The notes under the pieces: generated by a model | Seen by the model: the letters and a program-made list of their open reading frames with translations, nothing else | Databases searched by the model: none | What the model was told of the DNA's origin: nothing | Shown: in pieces, positions 63,201 through 64,000 of the stretch | How positions within the stretch are numbered: position 1 is the first letter of the stretch | How the letters are laid out: the number at the start of each line of letters is the position of its first letter | Position numbers and translations under genes: made by a program | Origin: Raillietiella orientalis | Lineage: Eukaryota | DNA: 64,000 bases | Assembly: GCA_036172245.1 (NCBI GenBank) | Contig: JAYWIR010000008.1 | Location: 1,550,001-1,614,000, forward strand | Direction of reading: 5' to 3'

Positions 63201-64000
63201 AGTGGTTTGCTCCGAAGCTGCGGCTGAGCCCGGTAGGCGTCGGCATCCGGAAAGGGCGCGTGGGTCCTCTTCGGGGCCTCTCGGGTCATTCAGGGTGTGT
63301 TCGTTCGCGGGTTCTCCCGGGTCCGCTCCCATCTCGTGGCAGGCGAACCGCTGCCTCCCTTCCTCTCCTCGGGACCGACGATGGTTCCATGTGAAAGATG
63401 CCTTCTTACGGTCCACCGTGTATGCCGGGACTCCTGGACTCCTCTGCAGCTAAACAGGGGACCTCCTGCCCGGGGACTCCTCCGAGTCGCGTTCACGGTC
63501 TGCGCATCGACGCGAGCTCTTGGGAGGGAGGCTGTTTGTCTCTCGGTGAACCACAGTGCTTTTTTCTACTGCGAGTTCCTTCTTGCAGATGATGCAGCGT
63601 CAGTAGCAACTTCTGCTTCAGTCGACTGCCTCCTCCCCTTTCCCCTCCATCCTATCGCAAGGACCCACCGTCTCGCCACATCAGCAGTTCCCCCCCCCCC
63701 CCCCCCGCCTATCCTCTCCATAATTCCCCAAGAATGGTTAAATCTTTTATTGCTGCTGACCTATTGTCTCGCGCGGGGTCATTCGGCTCGAAATTCTCAG
63801 TGGCACGAGGACCTGCTGTTGCCTCCAGATCCCCCCTCCTAGCGGCGACGGGTCTCTCCCCCGCAACTCAGAGGGCTCCGGGTACATGACCTTCAGTTCG
63901 TTAGCACTCTATCTAATTCCACATTTGTTTGCATGGAGCTCAAATAATCGTGGAGATTCCCATAGCAAGGAAACGGCTTGCAGATGCGTTCATCCGCTCG

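Noticed and set aside
1..64000. Host alternative genetic code, CRISPR array, rRNA or prokaryotic operon
   Set aside because: Frames are broken by all three stop codons and by frameshifts, as expected for decay. I saw no regularly spaced repeats, rRNA signatures or gene-dense organisation.

Overview
This window is eukaryotic, probably animal (possibly arthropod), GC-rich intergenic or intronic DNA. I found no intact protein-coding gene, and the supplied ORFs look like chance or shadow frames. Reading across frameshifts and stops shows that much of the window is old, nested retroelement remnants. These include about 7 or more DIRS1-like tyrosine-recombinase retrotransposon remnants (RT, RNase H, methyltransferase-like and YR motifs), two R2-group (RLE-type) non-LTR remnants, an L1/Tx1-like LINE and an APE-RT LINE on the minus strand. 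The standout is a ~490-bp AT-rich island (29095-29583). It encodes a degenerate bacterial-style beta-propeller blade resembling Spiroplasma/Mollicute repeat proteins and appears to be inserted inside the LINE endonuclease. There is also a young ~300-bp inverted repeat whose outer half is identical between arms, a ~1.1-kb alternating purine-pyrimidine tract, and short AT-richer islands with Hox/TALE-type sites. All family assignments come from by-eye motif recognition in heavily mutated sequence, and boundaries are approximate. I cannot support a claim of a new functional system here.
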